A stretch of DNA of 52,631 nt. Origin: Basidioascus undulatus. Its lineage: Eukaryota. The notes under the pieces were generated by a model. That model was given only the letters and a program-made list of their open reading frames with translations, was not told where the DNA came from and searched no databases. Location of the stretch: positions 1-52,631 of the forward strand of contig JTLS01000013.1 of NCBI GenBank assembly GCA_000826855.1, read 5' to 3'. Both the position numbers and the translations under genes were made by a program. Of the stretch, positions 1 through 11,689 are shown in pieces (positions within the stretch are counted from its first letter, which is position 1; every line of letters begins with the position of its first letter).

Positions 1-156
1 CTTTCCGTGCAGGGACGGGGTGGGTGAGGAGATGAGGGTTGTGGAGAGGGAGGCGGTGGGTGAGGTGGGCTTGGGCGGCGGCTTGGAGATGGACGAGGCG
101 CGCTTGAGGTAGGGGAAGGACTTGGTGAAGGTGAGGTTGGGGGTGGGGTAGCACAT
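1..156 (-). CDS. 5' end of a Ser/Pro/Thr-rich hypothetical protein (runs off the window edge)
   Basis: ATG at 156 follows a C/T-rich leader; the frame MCYPTPNLTFTKSFPYLKRASSISKPPPKPTSPTASL... is open to base 1, with C-ending codon bias like the other genes. Confidence 0.5.
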   Translation of the reverse strand, partial: MCYPTPNLTFTKSFPYLKRASSISKPPPKPTSPTASLSTTLISSPTPSLHGK

Positions 157-1270
157 TGTGGAGGGGTTTGTGGAGGGGCGTGAATGCTTTGGAGATGAGG
201 ATTGTTGAGAGAAGTGGAGATGTGAAGGGAGAGATGCTCCAAGATATGGGGACTGCGACGCAGCTTTACGCCGAATGCGAGCTATAAGTGCAAGATTGCA
301 TGCTGCAAGCGGCCGCAGCGAGGCTTCGCCGCATGCAAACGAGATGGGAGCTTGCGGGCTATAGCTCTCTACTACCTCAACGAGAAGCTTAGTGGACAGT
401 TTTTCAACCTCGCCCGGGTTCAGATAGCGAGTGTCCCCCTGGACGGCGTACCGTCACCGCCACTTGCCGCTCTCAGCTGCCTCCGCGTTGCATTCTCCTC
501 GCTGCTTACAAAGTCTGCTCGCGTCTAGTCCATAGAGGGGAAGAGCTGACCATTCCGTTAAGCGCTTCTATTTGGCACAAAACGGCTTGGTGGACTAGAG
601 AGTGTTTCCAGCAGCGGACGCAACGCTGGAAGTTGGGCGAAGAGCGTGTGCATTAGTATTGCTTTGGACGTGCAGTCCTCCGTCAACTTCCCGAAACAAC
701 CTATTCAAAGTGAAACAACACTTCATCAACCTGGTTTCGCAGCCTTTTCTGACACTGACTGGCGGTGTCCCACGTTGTGTGTTGCAACTCCCGGGTCGCC
801 GTGCCAATTGCAGGGGACAGCAATACAGCTGTCGCGGCCATCTTGATATCTTGCGTTCCGAATAGGGCTTGTTAAGGTTGAGTTTTCAACCATGTCTACG
901 TTCGTTATCCTGGGAAAAGCAAAGGGCCCGGTTTCCGGAGTGCACCTTGCACATCGCTGTGTCCGCTGGCAAGCCGCCGCTAAGTTAGGCGGTCTTCACG
1001 TTCATCGCACCATCAAATTGCTTGTCTTCACTCCACGGTATTTCAACTAAAGCTGTGCTCAGAGTTTGTAATATTATCACAGTAAATACTGCCCGCTGCT
1101 TCCGTTATCCCTCTCATGGCGGTGTGTCCCTGCCCGCGAGTTTCAACTTTGCAAGCCGTGCCGCCGCGGACTCGACAAGATAAAGAGGAGGCCGGTTGGG
1201 CCATTCCGTATGAGTTCCCCACCTCCTTAACATTTTTGAACTCCTGCAATTGAAACCGCTACAAACCAAC

Positions 1271-1734
1271 ATGGTCAAGTTCGCCTCGTTCCTCTTCACC
1301 GCGACCGCACTGGCCGTCGCCGCTGCTCAGGTGGATGCCGCCCCGCACGAGGACTTGGTCGCCAGGCAGATTACTGTCACGGTCCCAGTGTATGTAGGGG
1401 TTTTCTAGTGAAGTTAGATCACATGGTTCTAAACGGTGGAATTTCACAACATGCTCGCAGTCCTTGCAACTGGGTCATTACTTCCTCCAACTTCGCTTCG
1501 TTCGCCGGGGCGGCGGCGACCGCGCCTCCGCCCCTCGGATACAGATTCCAGTACACGTACATACTCTTACTAAGATGTCATGATACAAGTGTCGAAACCT
1601 GCCCGTACCATACTCATTATGAGGGTTCGTTCGTGGCAGAGGTAAGTGTGCCGAAGCTGGCCCGAACGCGCCCAACCGCCAAGTGCCAGGTCAGACCTGC
1701 ATCTGCCACTGTGGGTGGAGCTTTTCAAATATGA
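1271..1734 (+). CDS. Small secreted protein (3' end uncertain)
   Basis: MVKFASFLFTATALAVAAAQVDAAPHEDLVARQ reads as a signal peptide plus LVAR propeptide. Intron 1390-1460 (GTATGT..CAG) joins in frame to VPCNWVITSSNF.. A further GTAAGT donor lies at 1642; downstream exons are ambiguous. Confidence 0.6.
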
Positions 1735-2616
1735 ACCCCAGGAAGGTAGCCTAAGATGCTCACGATACCGTCCGTTGAACGCTTCGCTAGTCCCTACTGG
1801 TCAGTACCGCCGCTCCGCGCACAGCTTTAGGATATAATCCCTGAACGCTTTCATTAACAGCCCAGTAACGTATGTACATATTGGATTGCCTCAAGGACGA
1901 CATTATGAGTGCTAACTGTCCCTATCACAGTCGGCCTCGCCTGAGCAACAACTCGCACGCAAGCCGCCCACGGTCCGGCGTCGAGTTGGGGTGCGGGTGC
2001 GGAGGTAGTATTGAGAAGTAGTCTTCGAAAATCAGGCCATGTATCTAAAAATTGATCACTTTTTCGTTGTTGTGCATACGTGCAGACCATGTCTCCAACA
2101 GACTTGACCGGTCCTCGCTCGTTCCAAGTTGACATGAAGCTTGAAGGCGCACACTACTTACGGCCATTAAGCGACAGATATTTGAGACGACTTGAATCCA
2201 CTTGTCCATAAGAGTCCACCTCCCTTGAACACGCTAAGCCTGGCAAGCTGAAGTTCTTCACAGGCCGGAACTGCCCCATCCTCGTATTGCGAACAAGAGC
2301 CTTATCACAGGCCTTCCAGCACAGGCACAGAATCCCGGGCATAGAGATTTCCTGGGTCCCCAAATCTCCTTCTGAGACTTCATATGGGGCACGGATGAGG
2401 ATAACTTTCTTGGCTGTGTTGTCAGAGGCGCGAGAGGAGGGTCAGAGCCAGGGTGAGGCTCGATTCGGACCAAGATGGATCGTACTTTGACTCTGGCGCT
2501 CACTGGGTGGGTTAACAAGAGAATTGTGATCGCCAACACTGGGAGTATCGATCGGAAAGCGAGCAGGCGTTCCGCACGCCCGCTCGCACAACAATTGGAC
2601 GATTAAAGACTTTCAA

Positions 2617-3117
2617 TCAATGGTCATTATGCCATCGCAGCACCCAGACGCCCACTGCGGCCGTCCACACCCACGCCGACCGTGCACGGGCGGACCATGC
2701 AGCTCCGTTCCCGTCCTCCACAACCCAAGCGACCGTGGCCGTCTCACCGGCGGACGCAGTGACGTTGTGCTTCTGCGCGAGCTGGAGGACCTCGTCGCAG
2801 CTCGGCGCATCCTCCAGGTCCCCCAACTGCGAAATGTCGATGGCGTAGACGCCCCCATTTGGGCCGTCGCAGGTGATGGAGACGCGGGGCTTCCAGGAGG
2901 CGGATTGGGTCGACGTCTGTCGGTTGGGGGGGCGGCCGGCCGAGGAGGAGGAGGAAGCGGCGAGAGGGTGGGTGAGTTGCTAGTGATGATTATATTGAAT
3001 GAATGGATGGGCAGAGGCACTTACCGCCGCCAAACTGAATACCGTTACTGGAGACGCATAGACAAAAGCCGGGAGGACGCCGAGACAGAGGGCAATGCCA
3101 GGAGGGAAGAGCTTCAT
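2617..3117 (-). CDS. Small secreted or possibly GPI-anchored protein, 2 exons
   Basis: N-terminal signal MKLFPPGIALCLGVLPAFVYASP. A 45-nt intron 3024-2980 (GTAAGT..TAG) splices in frame to an exon with two Cys and a hydrophobic Trp-rich C-terminus (AWVWTAAVGVWVLRW). Confidence 0.65.
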
Positions 3118-4155
3118 GGTGTCGTGCCAGTATCGTGAGTCGTAAGAGAGGTGTCGTAAGTCATTTCGGCAACAGAGGAGCTCTTGAGATGAAGGGAATG
3201 GGTCAAGAGACCCAGACGTTGGAGAAGCAACGTTTGGCAGGGCGGACAGATGGACCCCGCAAGCGATGCAGACTCGCATGCTGCCAAGCGGACTAGTCCA
3301 AGGGCTGCACGTTGACTTGAGCTTAAAATGTCGCTGGGGCATTCAAGGGGCCCGTCGGTGTGGAGAGAGCATGTCCCGAGAAGGTAAAAGTCTTCAAGTC
3401 TTCGTGGACAATCTGCGAGCGAGGCGACTGCCAACGCCACTGGAGCATCGCTCGCTCTCTTATTGTGGGTACCTTTCACATCGTTTGTTTGCCTCCTGAT
3501 GAATGCTCTCATGCTCATGAACCATATCATTTTGTTAAACCACTCATTGAGCGTCACAGTGAAAGTACGCTCGATCTCTATCCTGACTGGTCTTGATAAC
3601 CCTCAACTCATAGCATCAAGTGAAGAAGGAACAAAAGACGGCATGGAGGCGTCGTATTTTCTACATGAACCAAAGACAATCCACCTTGCGCCAACTTGCT
3701 AATGGGACTCTTGAGACATTCACCCATAGAATTGTTGGACGAAGCGACAGCGAGTTAGAAGAGAATGAGACGAAGTCGAAGGTACGAGATGAGCGGACGA
3801 AGGAGCACGGCGATTGAGATGAGTGCAGGACAAGGGTGGGGAAAACGAGAAGGCTGCTCGGCGGAGCATGAACCCCCAGCGACCGAAGCGATGGAGCTTT
3901 CCCGTCCACCTAAACAGATGGCCGATGGACGGGGAAGGGCGGTGAGTATCGAGCGAGAAGCACCAAGCAGACGGGGCTTTCGCCTCCGCCGCCCCGCCTG
4001 AGGCGGGGACGCGACGTCCCTATCGTCGTGTGGCAGGTGTGCATGGAGTGCGCATGGGGGAGAGAGAAGAATCCATACAACAGAACCCCGGACCCAGACC
4101 CCACCGCGCCGAGCCCAGAGAACCGAACCATGGAGAAGGAGAAGACGCGCGGCGT

Positions 4156-4994
4156 TTACCTGAGGGAAGACGGATGTCAGGAAATGGGAGATGGGGAGGG
4201 GAAGTGGAGGAAGAGGAAGAGGGGGACGACGGGACGCACTTCTTCTTCTGGGCCTCGCCGGCCTTGGCCTTAGCGGTGCCGCGGACCTTCTTGGAGCGGT
4301 TCTTGCGCTCCTTGCGGAGCTTGCGCGAAGCCTTGGTGACCTTCTCGGCAAGGCCGAAGCGGACGAGGCGGTACTTGGGCTCGAACTTGACCGCGGCCTC
4401 CTTCGTGTCGTAGACGAGGCCGAAGCCGGTCGACTTGCCGCCACCGAAGTGGGTCTGTTCATCCGATCACTACATTAGTACCGTCAAGTAGAAGGTGGAG
4501 TGGATGAGGGAATGGGAGGGGGGGGCAAGGGGGAAGAGGGAAGGAATAACGGAGGAAGGGGAGAACTGACCTTGAAGCCGAAGACGATGACGCTGTCGAC
4601 CTCAGACTTGTACATCTGCGCGAGCTTCTCGCGGAGCTCCTGCTTGGACACGTTGGGGCGCGTCGGGTGCAGGACGTCGAGGACGAACTGCTTGCGCTGC
4701 AGGAGCGGGTTCGTGATGAACTTGCGGGTGCGCAGGGTGATGGGGCCGGTCGGGTCCTGGAAAGCGCGGAAGAGGGGATCGGGTCAGTAAACAGCGTCCA
4801 ACGATCATTTGGAGGTGGGTATCGGAGAGTATTGTTGATCGAAATGCTAAAGGAGCTGTGGAGCAGGCAAGTCGTGCGACCCCCCTGCCCCCGACGAAGA
4901 CGCCCAGCATCGTCCCGCCCCGCCGCCCATCCCACCGTCCCCCTCCCCCAAACACCCTTACTCCACTCCACAGTCTCGTCGTTGAACTGACCAT
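4156..4994 (-). CDS. RPS24: 40S ribosomal protein S24 (eS24), 4 exons
   Basis: Exons 4994-4992 (ATG), 4756-4571, 4454-4240, 4159-4156 give [75 protein letters not shown], the eS24 signature. Confidence 0.97.
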
Positions 4995-5275
4995 TTTGGC
5001 TATCTGGGCGGAGTCTTGACGGATCGACGACCGGGGTGAGGTAGCGGCACGAGGGAACCTGCAACTTTCCCAGCGGCCCTTGTGCAAATCCGCCAGAGTA
5101 CCGGACCTAAACAGAGAGCGACCACCTCAGCCGTTGGCGAATTGAGAAATACCAATCGCCGATAAACTTTCGGCGTTTGTACGCACGCGCGGCTCAACCG
5201 GCCCGTCCAAGCGGTCGCCCTTGTCCCTGGACTCGTTCCGCTCACTGCTGTTCATCCACCTGCTTGCGCTTTAGA
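4995..5275. promoter_or_regulatory. Short divergent (bidirectional) promoter region
   Basis: 281 bp separate the head-to-head start codons of RPS24 and the UPF0132-like gene. Confidence 0.55.
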
Positions 5276-6137
5276 ATGTACACATTGATAATCACATATT
5301 TATTCCATTAAAACTCATCATGAATTTTCTTCCCACAGGGCCACCTTTGCGCCGTACACCGACCCGCCCGACGCGGCGCCACGCAAGTCGCAGTCGACCT
5401 CCCGCCCCTGGTTCGCCCGCGACGACTCGGCCCTCTCCCCCTCCGCGGCGGCCAACACCGTCTCGTACCAGTCTGGCTCCAGCGCCGCCGCGCTTTACGA
5501 CGACTTTGGGGGTGCCATCGAGAGCGGCCGCGGCGGGGCCGGCGGCTTTGGGGGCGGAGACGATGGACATGCGGTCGGCGCGTGGGAGACCAGGTTCGGG
5601 TGGAGAGTCGATCTGGAGGCGGCTGCGGCGTATGTGCTGGGCCCCATTTCGGGTGAGTGGATACGCGCTCTGTGAAGCTTGAAGGCGAAGACGAAGGCGA
5701 AGGGGGGGCAATTGGGTGTACCGGTTGGCCCCTGAATGCATCTTCCGTGATCCAGGCTGACACCTTTCTTGCTGCTCTGTTTAGCACTCCTCCTTCTCAT
5801 CTTCGAAACGACCTCTGACTACGTGCGCTATCACGCGTACCAGTCCGCTCTCCTCTCCTTCGCGCTCTTAGCGCTGCACATGCTCCTCCTCCTCCTCCGC
5901 TTCCCGCACTGGTTTCAGTGGCTCGGCCTAGCGCTCGATATTGGTGTTCTGGGTCATACAGCGTGCGTCCCTTTCCCTCTGTCCCTTACCCCGCCCGCTT
6001 CTCGCTTGACTCTACTGCTGGAGGCTTACGGTCGGGATTTCTGCAGCCTGAGGGCATACCGAGACGCCGACGTCCTGGAGCGGTATCCGCTCCCGTGGAT
6101 CGGGGAGATGGCGAGTCGGTGGGTGGGGGAAGAGTAG
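5276..6137 (+). CDS. UPF0132/DUF4870 (Tic20-like) small membrane protein, 4 exons
   Basis: Spliced product MATFAPYTDPP..WETRFGWRVDLEAAAAYVLGPISALLLLIFETTSDYVRYHAYQSALL..RAYRDADVLERYPLPWIGEMASRWVGEE. The DYVR(F/Y)HAxQS and LPxIG motifs match this family. Confidence 0.8.
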
Positions 6138-6435
6138 AAGTGCGGGTTCAGGCAGGCGATCAGCAGGAGCGTGTCCTCTGGCTCATGCTCGAGTCTGGCA
6201 TTCACTTGTCGGTGTGCGGTGTTCGATGCCGAATGCGTACAGCCCGCAATTTGAGAAATAGTTGTCTTGAGGACTACGGTATTCAAGACAATCGGAAGTC
6301 CGCAGTCCTGCAGCCCGGCAGCCTGTAGACAGCGCTGAGTCTTTTTAGAGCACGTTTCGTCGCTTAATTCAATCCTAACGACCTGATCCTCGCACGTTGG
6401 TATAAATTACACCATGCATGGCCCCCGCGCCGATC

Positions 6436-7413
6436 TCATCGCCTCCCCGCCTTCCGCCTCTCCGCCGCGCGCAGGCGTGCCTGCTCCCTGTCCCACTTGC
6501 CCTTCAGCCGCTCATTGAGCGCCAAGAAGTCGCTATCCGGCGGGGGAGCCTCGTCAGTCAAGTGCGTGCCGTATCTGATTCCCGAACATCAGCAAGAGAA
6601 GAATAGAAGAGCAGGGAGGTACAGTCAAAGAATGAACGCACTCGCGTGCAAGCTGCAGCCGCAGCTGGTTATCCGATATCCCGACGCTCGACGCGTGCTC
6701 GAAGAGGAACGAGAAGAGCATGAAAACCGCGCGCGGGGAGCGCTTCGTCTCTGCCAATTCCCTGTACCCCTGTGCACACCATCCCAGTTCAACCTCACGC
6801 CACCCACAGTACTGCCTGGCGAGTAACCGGCAGCTTACCACGAAGAAGTCGCGGTCGATCGAGTCGCCCGGCGGACTCGCTACGCCGTACCCCGCGCCCT
6901 TCGCATCGTACAGCATGTAGTCCAGCCGCGTCCCCTTCACCTCAGCGTCCTTCTGCGCTTTCAGGCGCTTCACCGTCCAGTCGCTCAGGGGGGCGAGGTT
7001 GAGGTCGGGATTGCTGTATCCCCTTGCCCCCCCAGACATCATGAGCGCCTTCACATATTCACAGCGCAAGAATCAACGCACGCAGGCACGACATCCGACG
7101 TCCGGAAGAACCACTCGCTGCCCTCCCCCGGGCCATACCGCCTCCCCCGCCCCGTCGGCGCAGACGTCACGGCCGTGAGGCCCTGCTCCTTGAGGACCTT
7201 GATCAGCCGCTTCTCTGAGAGCGCATACTGCAGGTGCGAGGCTTTAATGGATGCGAGCAGCTTGGATGCGCCTAGCGTCGGGTGCGCGGACCGCAGGGAA
7301 CGCAGGAGCGGGAGGAGCTCGGCGTCGGGGAAGGGGGGCGCGGCGGGCGCGGAGGCGGGGGTGGCAGACGTGGAGGGCTCCGGAGCGGAGGTCGCTTGTT
7401 CGGAAGAGGCCAT
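6436..7413 (-). CDS. Hypothetical protein, multi-exon
   Basis: ATG 7413 MASSEQATSAPEP..LRSAHPTLGASKLLASIK..LSEKRLIKVLK; later exons ..RLDYMLYDAKGAGYGV.. and ..LRLQLAREYGTHL..; TGA at 6436. High GC3 and GT-AG introns; the splice near 7050-7090 is uncertain. Confidence 0.7.
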
Positions 7414-7830
7414 GGTGGTATGGGAAAGAGTGCTGGAAACGGTGAGCGACCAACTCCAGCAACCCAGGGGCATCGCGTCCTCAACTTCTTGCCCGGCTGT
7501 CGTCCGCGGATACTGGCTCGCAGCGGCATCTTTGCGTCGCCTCTCGTCTTCTCTCTTACCCTCCCCTGTCCTCCTCTTCCTTTCCCTTTATCTCTCCCGA
7601 CCTCGCAACGCTCTTTTTACCCGAGTATTTACCGCTATACCTAAACGCCCATCATCCAATGCCCCTCCATCCACGGCGTCTCTCGCTCCTTTGCGCCGTT
7701 GCCACTGCCACACTGCCTCAATCCTGCTCTGCGTCGCCTCGAGCAGCAGCCTTGATCACCAGAAGGCTGGATGCGCGCTTCTTCCATGTCTCCAGAGCTT
7801 CTGAGCGCCTTCCGTTAGACCCAAGAAAGC

Positions 7831-8438
7831 ATGACCTCGTTCGTGCGATCCTCCTTACCCATCTTTGCAATCCATGTTCTAACATCTCGCCACCCGGCAC
7901 CTGTCGATCAGTACCGCCGCACTCTCTCCGCGCATCGACGAGGCGTTCCCCTCCACTCGCTGGAGGATGCAGCGTATCATGCCGCCCGTGCGCGTCTCAC
8001 TTCGATCGACTTCACAGAGGGTTCTCATTCGAAAATCCGCGTCGCTCTGCTGCGGGTCATCACCGAGCAGGCGCTCGCGCTGCTTGTTCGCGACGGAGTG
8101 CTCCACCCGTACACCGCAAAGTTGCAAAAGCGATCGAAGCTGCCCAGGGGCTTCATCGAGGTGCGTGTTGCTTTTCGCACGCTGTCCCAGCCATCCAGCG
8201 TGCTCACCCTCGGGTAAGTGATGGGGACGTTACTTAGAATCCTCGAAGATGGCTCGCGCGGGAAGGATACGAGCTCGAGGGATGGAACGATGCGCGGTGG
8301 AACCGTCCTGCGTACGTGGCTCGGTACGGAGGCATGCCGCTAGAGGTGCTCCAGGAGGTGGCGCTCGCGTTGACGGAGGGCAAATTGAGGGTGCGGAAGG
8401 AGGAGCGGAAGGTGGACCGAGATTGGATGGATGATTGA
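7831..8438 (+). CDS. Uncharacterised protein, paralogue A of a family with a WL-x3-G-x-EL-x-GW motif
   Basis: Exons 7831-7842, 7912-8160, 8238-8438 (GTGCGA..CAG, GTGCGT..TAG) give ~153 aa ending NPRRWLAREGYELEGW..MPLEVLQEVALALTEGKLRVRK..; homologous to the gene at 15832-16747. Confidence 0.75.
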
Positions 8439-9234
8439 AAATACGCTGCCGGAAGATCTGGTTTTTCGACAGCATTTGCCCAAGGTCAGAGGGGCCGTAA
8501 ATACTACTGTTTCAGCTACAGCAAGAGTGCCTCGGCAGCTAGCTTCGTGGTTGACGGCTGGTGAAACATCACGCTCGACACTGTCGATGCGGAACAGGAC
8601 TTAGGGCGTCACATTGATGTGACTTCAAATCCGGGCACAAGTCAGTCGGCGTCAGCGTACTACACGCAACCCACAAACGGGCGACGAATGGTTGATCGCT
8701 GTTCCTGCAGCAATATTCTCAGCTTAAGAAGACGTATCTTAACAACAGTTGGCAGTCGCATGTTGAGATAACGCCGGATGGTTGTTTAGAAGAAGACAGA
8801 CGAGGCTTAAAGGTGAGAGCATTTGCAGAATATTGAGATGCACAAGTCTTGCAGGAGGCCCCGGGCCGCGACCAACCGCGACACACATTTCCGTGATCGC
8901 TATCACCCGCTTAGGGCACAAAGGGGCATCAAAGGGGTTTCGCGCGGAACTGGCACCGCCGCCGTCGAGGCATCCATCCGAGCACGCCAGGCACGCTCAC
9001 AAAAGGACCCTCCCAGGAAGTACGACGATGTTCCTCGAAAAGAGGGTCAGGCTGATTGATCTATGCTCATATCTATATGGCAGTATGTGAGTCGAAGCTG
9101 TTCACTTGCTGTGGGGGTGAAAGAAGGAAATAATACGGAAAGTTTCAAGCACTCTTTAACCAGCCTGGGTTTAGCAAGCTATTGTGCAACAGGCATAAGT
9201 AATCCCATGAAGTATACTGGGGTATACAAGCTTG

Positions 9235-9642
9235 TCAGACCAGATGGCAGCCGCATAGAAGACAAGCGTTCTGGGCGGAGACGAGGGATGTAACTACAGG
9301 AGAGAAAGCTAGGCGCCATTGCGCAGGCTCATATCGTAGGTACATCCGAGTTCCACCGGGGCGGCCGCGCCATAGAGCAGCGAGCGCAGCCCCTGGACGA
9401 CATAGTTCACAACCCCCCTCCAGCCAGAGAACTCGAAACAAGTCTTGAGAATATAAAGATCGAAGGGGGAACATACCCTCGGACGCGTCCGACACGACCG
9501 TAAGGAGGAGGCGAACGACACGAAGGGAACCTTTGACCCGCCCCCGGCTCTGGATGAACCACTCCACAGACGTCGGATAGACGAACGACCAGACGATGAC
9601 CTCTGCGGAGAGCACGCTCAAGTCGGCCTCTGTGACCTCCAT
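9235..9642 (-). CDS. Possible hypothetical protein
   Basis: ATG after a pyrimidine-rich leader, a 135-codon ORF and an in-frame GTATGT donor. No recognisable motif. Confidence 0.25.
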   Translation of the reverse strand: MEVTEADLSVLSAEVIVWSFVYPTSVEWFIQSRGRVKGSLRVVRLLLTVVSDASEGMFPLRSLYSQDLFRVLWLEGGCELCRPGAALAALWRGRPGGTRMYLRYEPAQWRLAFSPVVTSLVSAQNACLLCGCHLV

Positions 9643-10239
9643 GACGGGGTCAATTTGTTTTCGAAGATGGGGCAGAAGTGGATGGAGGGGGGAAGAAAGA
9701 AGACAAGCTATGGCGGGTTTGTGATGATTATATTAAACCCGCATCTTGAAACATTGTAAAGGTGCTGCGTGAGTGGGTTGCGCATCTGCTCCGCATGCGG
9801 GTGAACTCGGCCAGCGCCGCTGCGGCACCAACGACCATTGGTTCCGCATTGCATTCATTCCTGCTCTAGCAATGTATAGTAAAGTGAATATTATCCGCAG
9901 CTCGATTCACAATCAGAGGTCTGCCCAGTCGCCCTGCGTAACTGCGCTGAGATCAAATACATAACCTTAGGCTCGCTAACTGCTATGACATACGGTATTT
10001 TGACCCGATTAAAAAGGCACCGTCAGACGCTTGACAAGTGCGTAAATGCGTTCGACTCGGGGTCGGAGGCTCTTCATCTCTCAACCTGCCGAAGAACCCA
10101 TTCTCGAACAGTAACGCGCATGCACTTTTGTTTCAGCTGCACAGAGCCGCAAGAACAGGATTCTATCCCAGAATCTTCTCTCTATCTCTCTCTGTATGGC
10201 CCCTCTTCCCACCCACCATTGTCCGAACCCCAGCGCCGC

Positions 10240-11689
10240 TCACTCGCCCTGCGTGTCCCCAAACAGATTCATCGCGAGCGCGCTCGGCTCGTCGAGCTTC
10301 TTGTGCTGGTAGCCGAGGATGGAGACCTGTCCCGGCGCGCGGCGCGCGTGGTAAGAAATTGGAAAAAAGTGCGGGAAGGAAGGGTGGTGGAGTGGGAAGG
10401 GAACGAAAAGGAGGAGACGAACCGCCCCGGCGTCGACTACGAACTTGCTCCCCTCCTTGACGTCGAACTCGAGCCACCTGGCCAGGAAGACGCGGGAGAA
10501 GTGACCTGCCGCCGCGCAGATCTCCGGATCAGTACAGTTTCACTCATCCGCTCTGCTCGGCGTGAAGCCAGGAATGGGGAAGGAAGTGCACAACGCACCG
10601 TGGCACACCACCACCGCGTCCCCAACGCCGCCGTGCTCCTTCCCCGCCGCGCGCTCCTTCAAGTGCGTCGCGTGGATGTCGCGAATCTGCGCGATGAGGC
10701 TGTCCGCACGCGCGGTCACTTCCGCGGGGGACTCGCCGTTGGGGCAGCTGGGACAGGGGTGTCAGCGTGGGAGAGAAAAAGTTAAGGGATGGGAAGTGGG
10801 AAAATTGGAATGGAAAGATATTTGGATGGTGTGAGAAGGGAGAGAATGTACCCATCAGTCCAGATCCACCATCCAGGCTTGCGTTCTTGGATCTCCTTGG
10901 GCTAATACAGAAAAGGGGGAACAAGGGAATGATCAGACATCGAGCGCCTTCAACCCGCAAAAGCTTACCTTGAGTCCCTCAAAGTCGCCGTACGTCCCTA
11001 CGCGCCTTCTTCTTTTTCAGTTCCATACCCTCACCCACACCCTTCCCCCATCCCATTCTCCTGCCTTCCTTTCCCAGAACCTCCGCGCTGGACTCACACT
11101 CCCGTGCCCGCTCGTCCGTCTGCACGGGCCCCACGATCTCCGTGCGGTGCTCCTTGAACAAGAGGTCGAACGTTTTCTGCGCGCGCTGGCGCGGGGAGAT
11201 GAAGACGGCGGAGATTTTGGCGGGGTCGATGAGGCCTGGATTGGTTCAAGCGCACGCACGGAGAGCGGGTCAGGGCAAGGAAGAGGAGGCTGCGATGCGA
11301 AGAAGACGCACGGCCGGGACCGACGATACGGTCGCCTAGCGTGGAGACGATCTCGGCGCCCTGAGGCAGCAGGGGGATGTCGGTCGTGCCCGTCTGTAGG
11401 GCATCGGGAGGGTGTCAGCCCACACAGGAGGAGCGGGATACAGGGGAAGCGAACGTACGTGACGGCCTGTGTGATTCCACCACCATCACGCAGTACCCGT
11501 CCAGCACCTCCTCTCAGCTCTCCACTCCCGTAAACATACACTAGTCCTAGGTCCGTACCGTTCTGTGACCACTCAGTCTGGCCTGTTTGTCCATAAGAGG
11601 CTCTGAGCTCCACACCCTCAGTTCTCGACGAGCTGCAACGCACCGTGACGGATAAGGAACACCCGGGGGAAGTCAGAGTTGGCGGGCAT
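10240..11689 (-). CDS. SHB17: Histidine phosphatase superfamily protein, sedoheptulose-1,7-bisphosphatase (SHB17)-like
   Basis: Spliced: [92 protein letters not shown]; both RHG and late-His catalytic motifs are present. Confidence 0.88.

Noticed and set aside
2620..3138. 172-aa plus-strand ORF and many other long antisense or alternate-frame ORFs across the window
   Set aside because: These are shadows of high-GC coding sequence on the opposite strand or frame; low-complexity Arg/Pro/Ser translations without motifs.
4790..4870. Possible intronic snoRNA in RPS24 intron 1
   Set aside because: No proper box C (RTGATGA) paired with a box D; the CTGA is part of the branch site TACTGAC.
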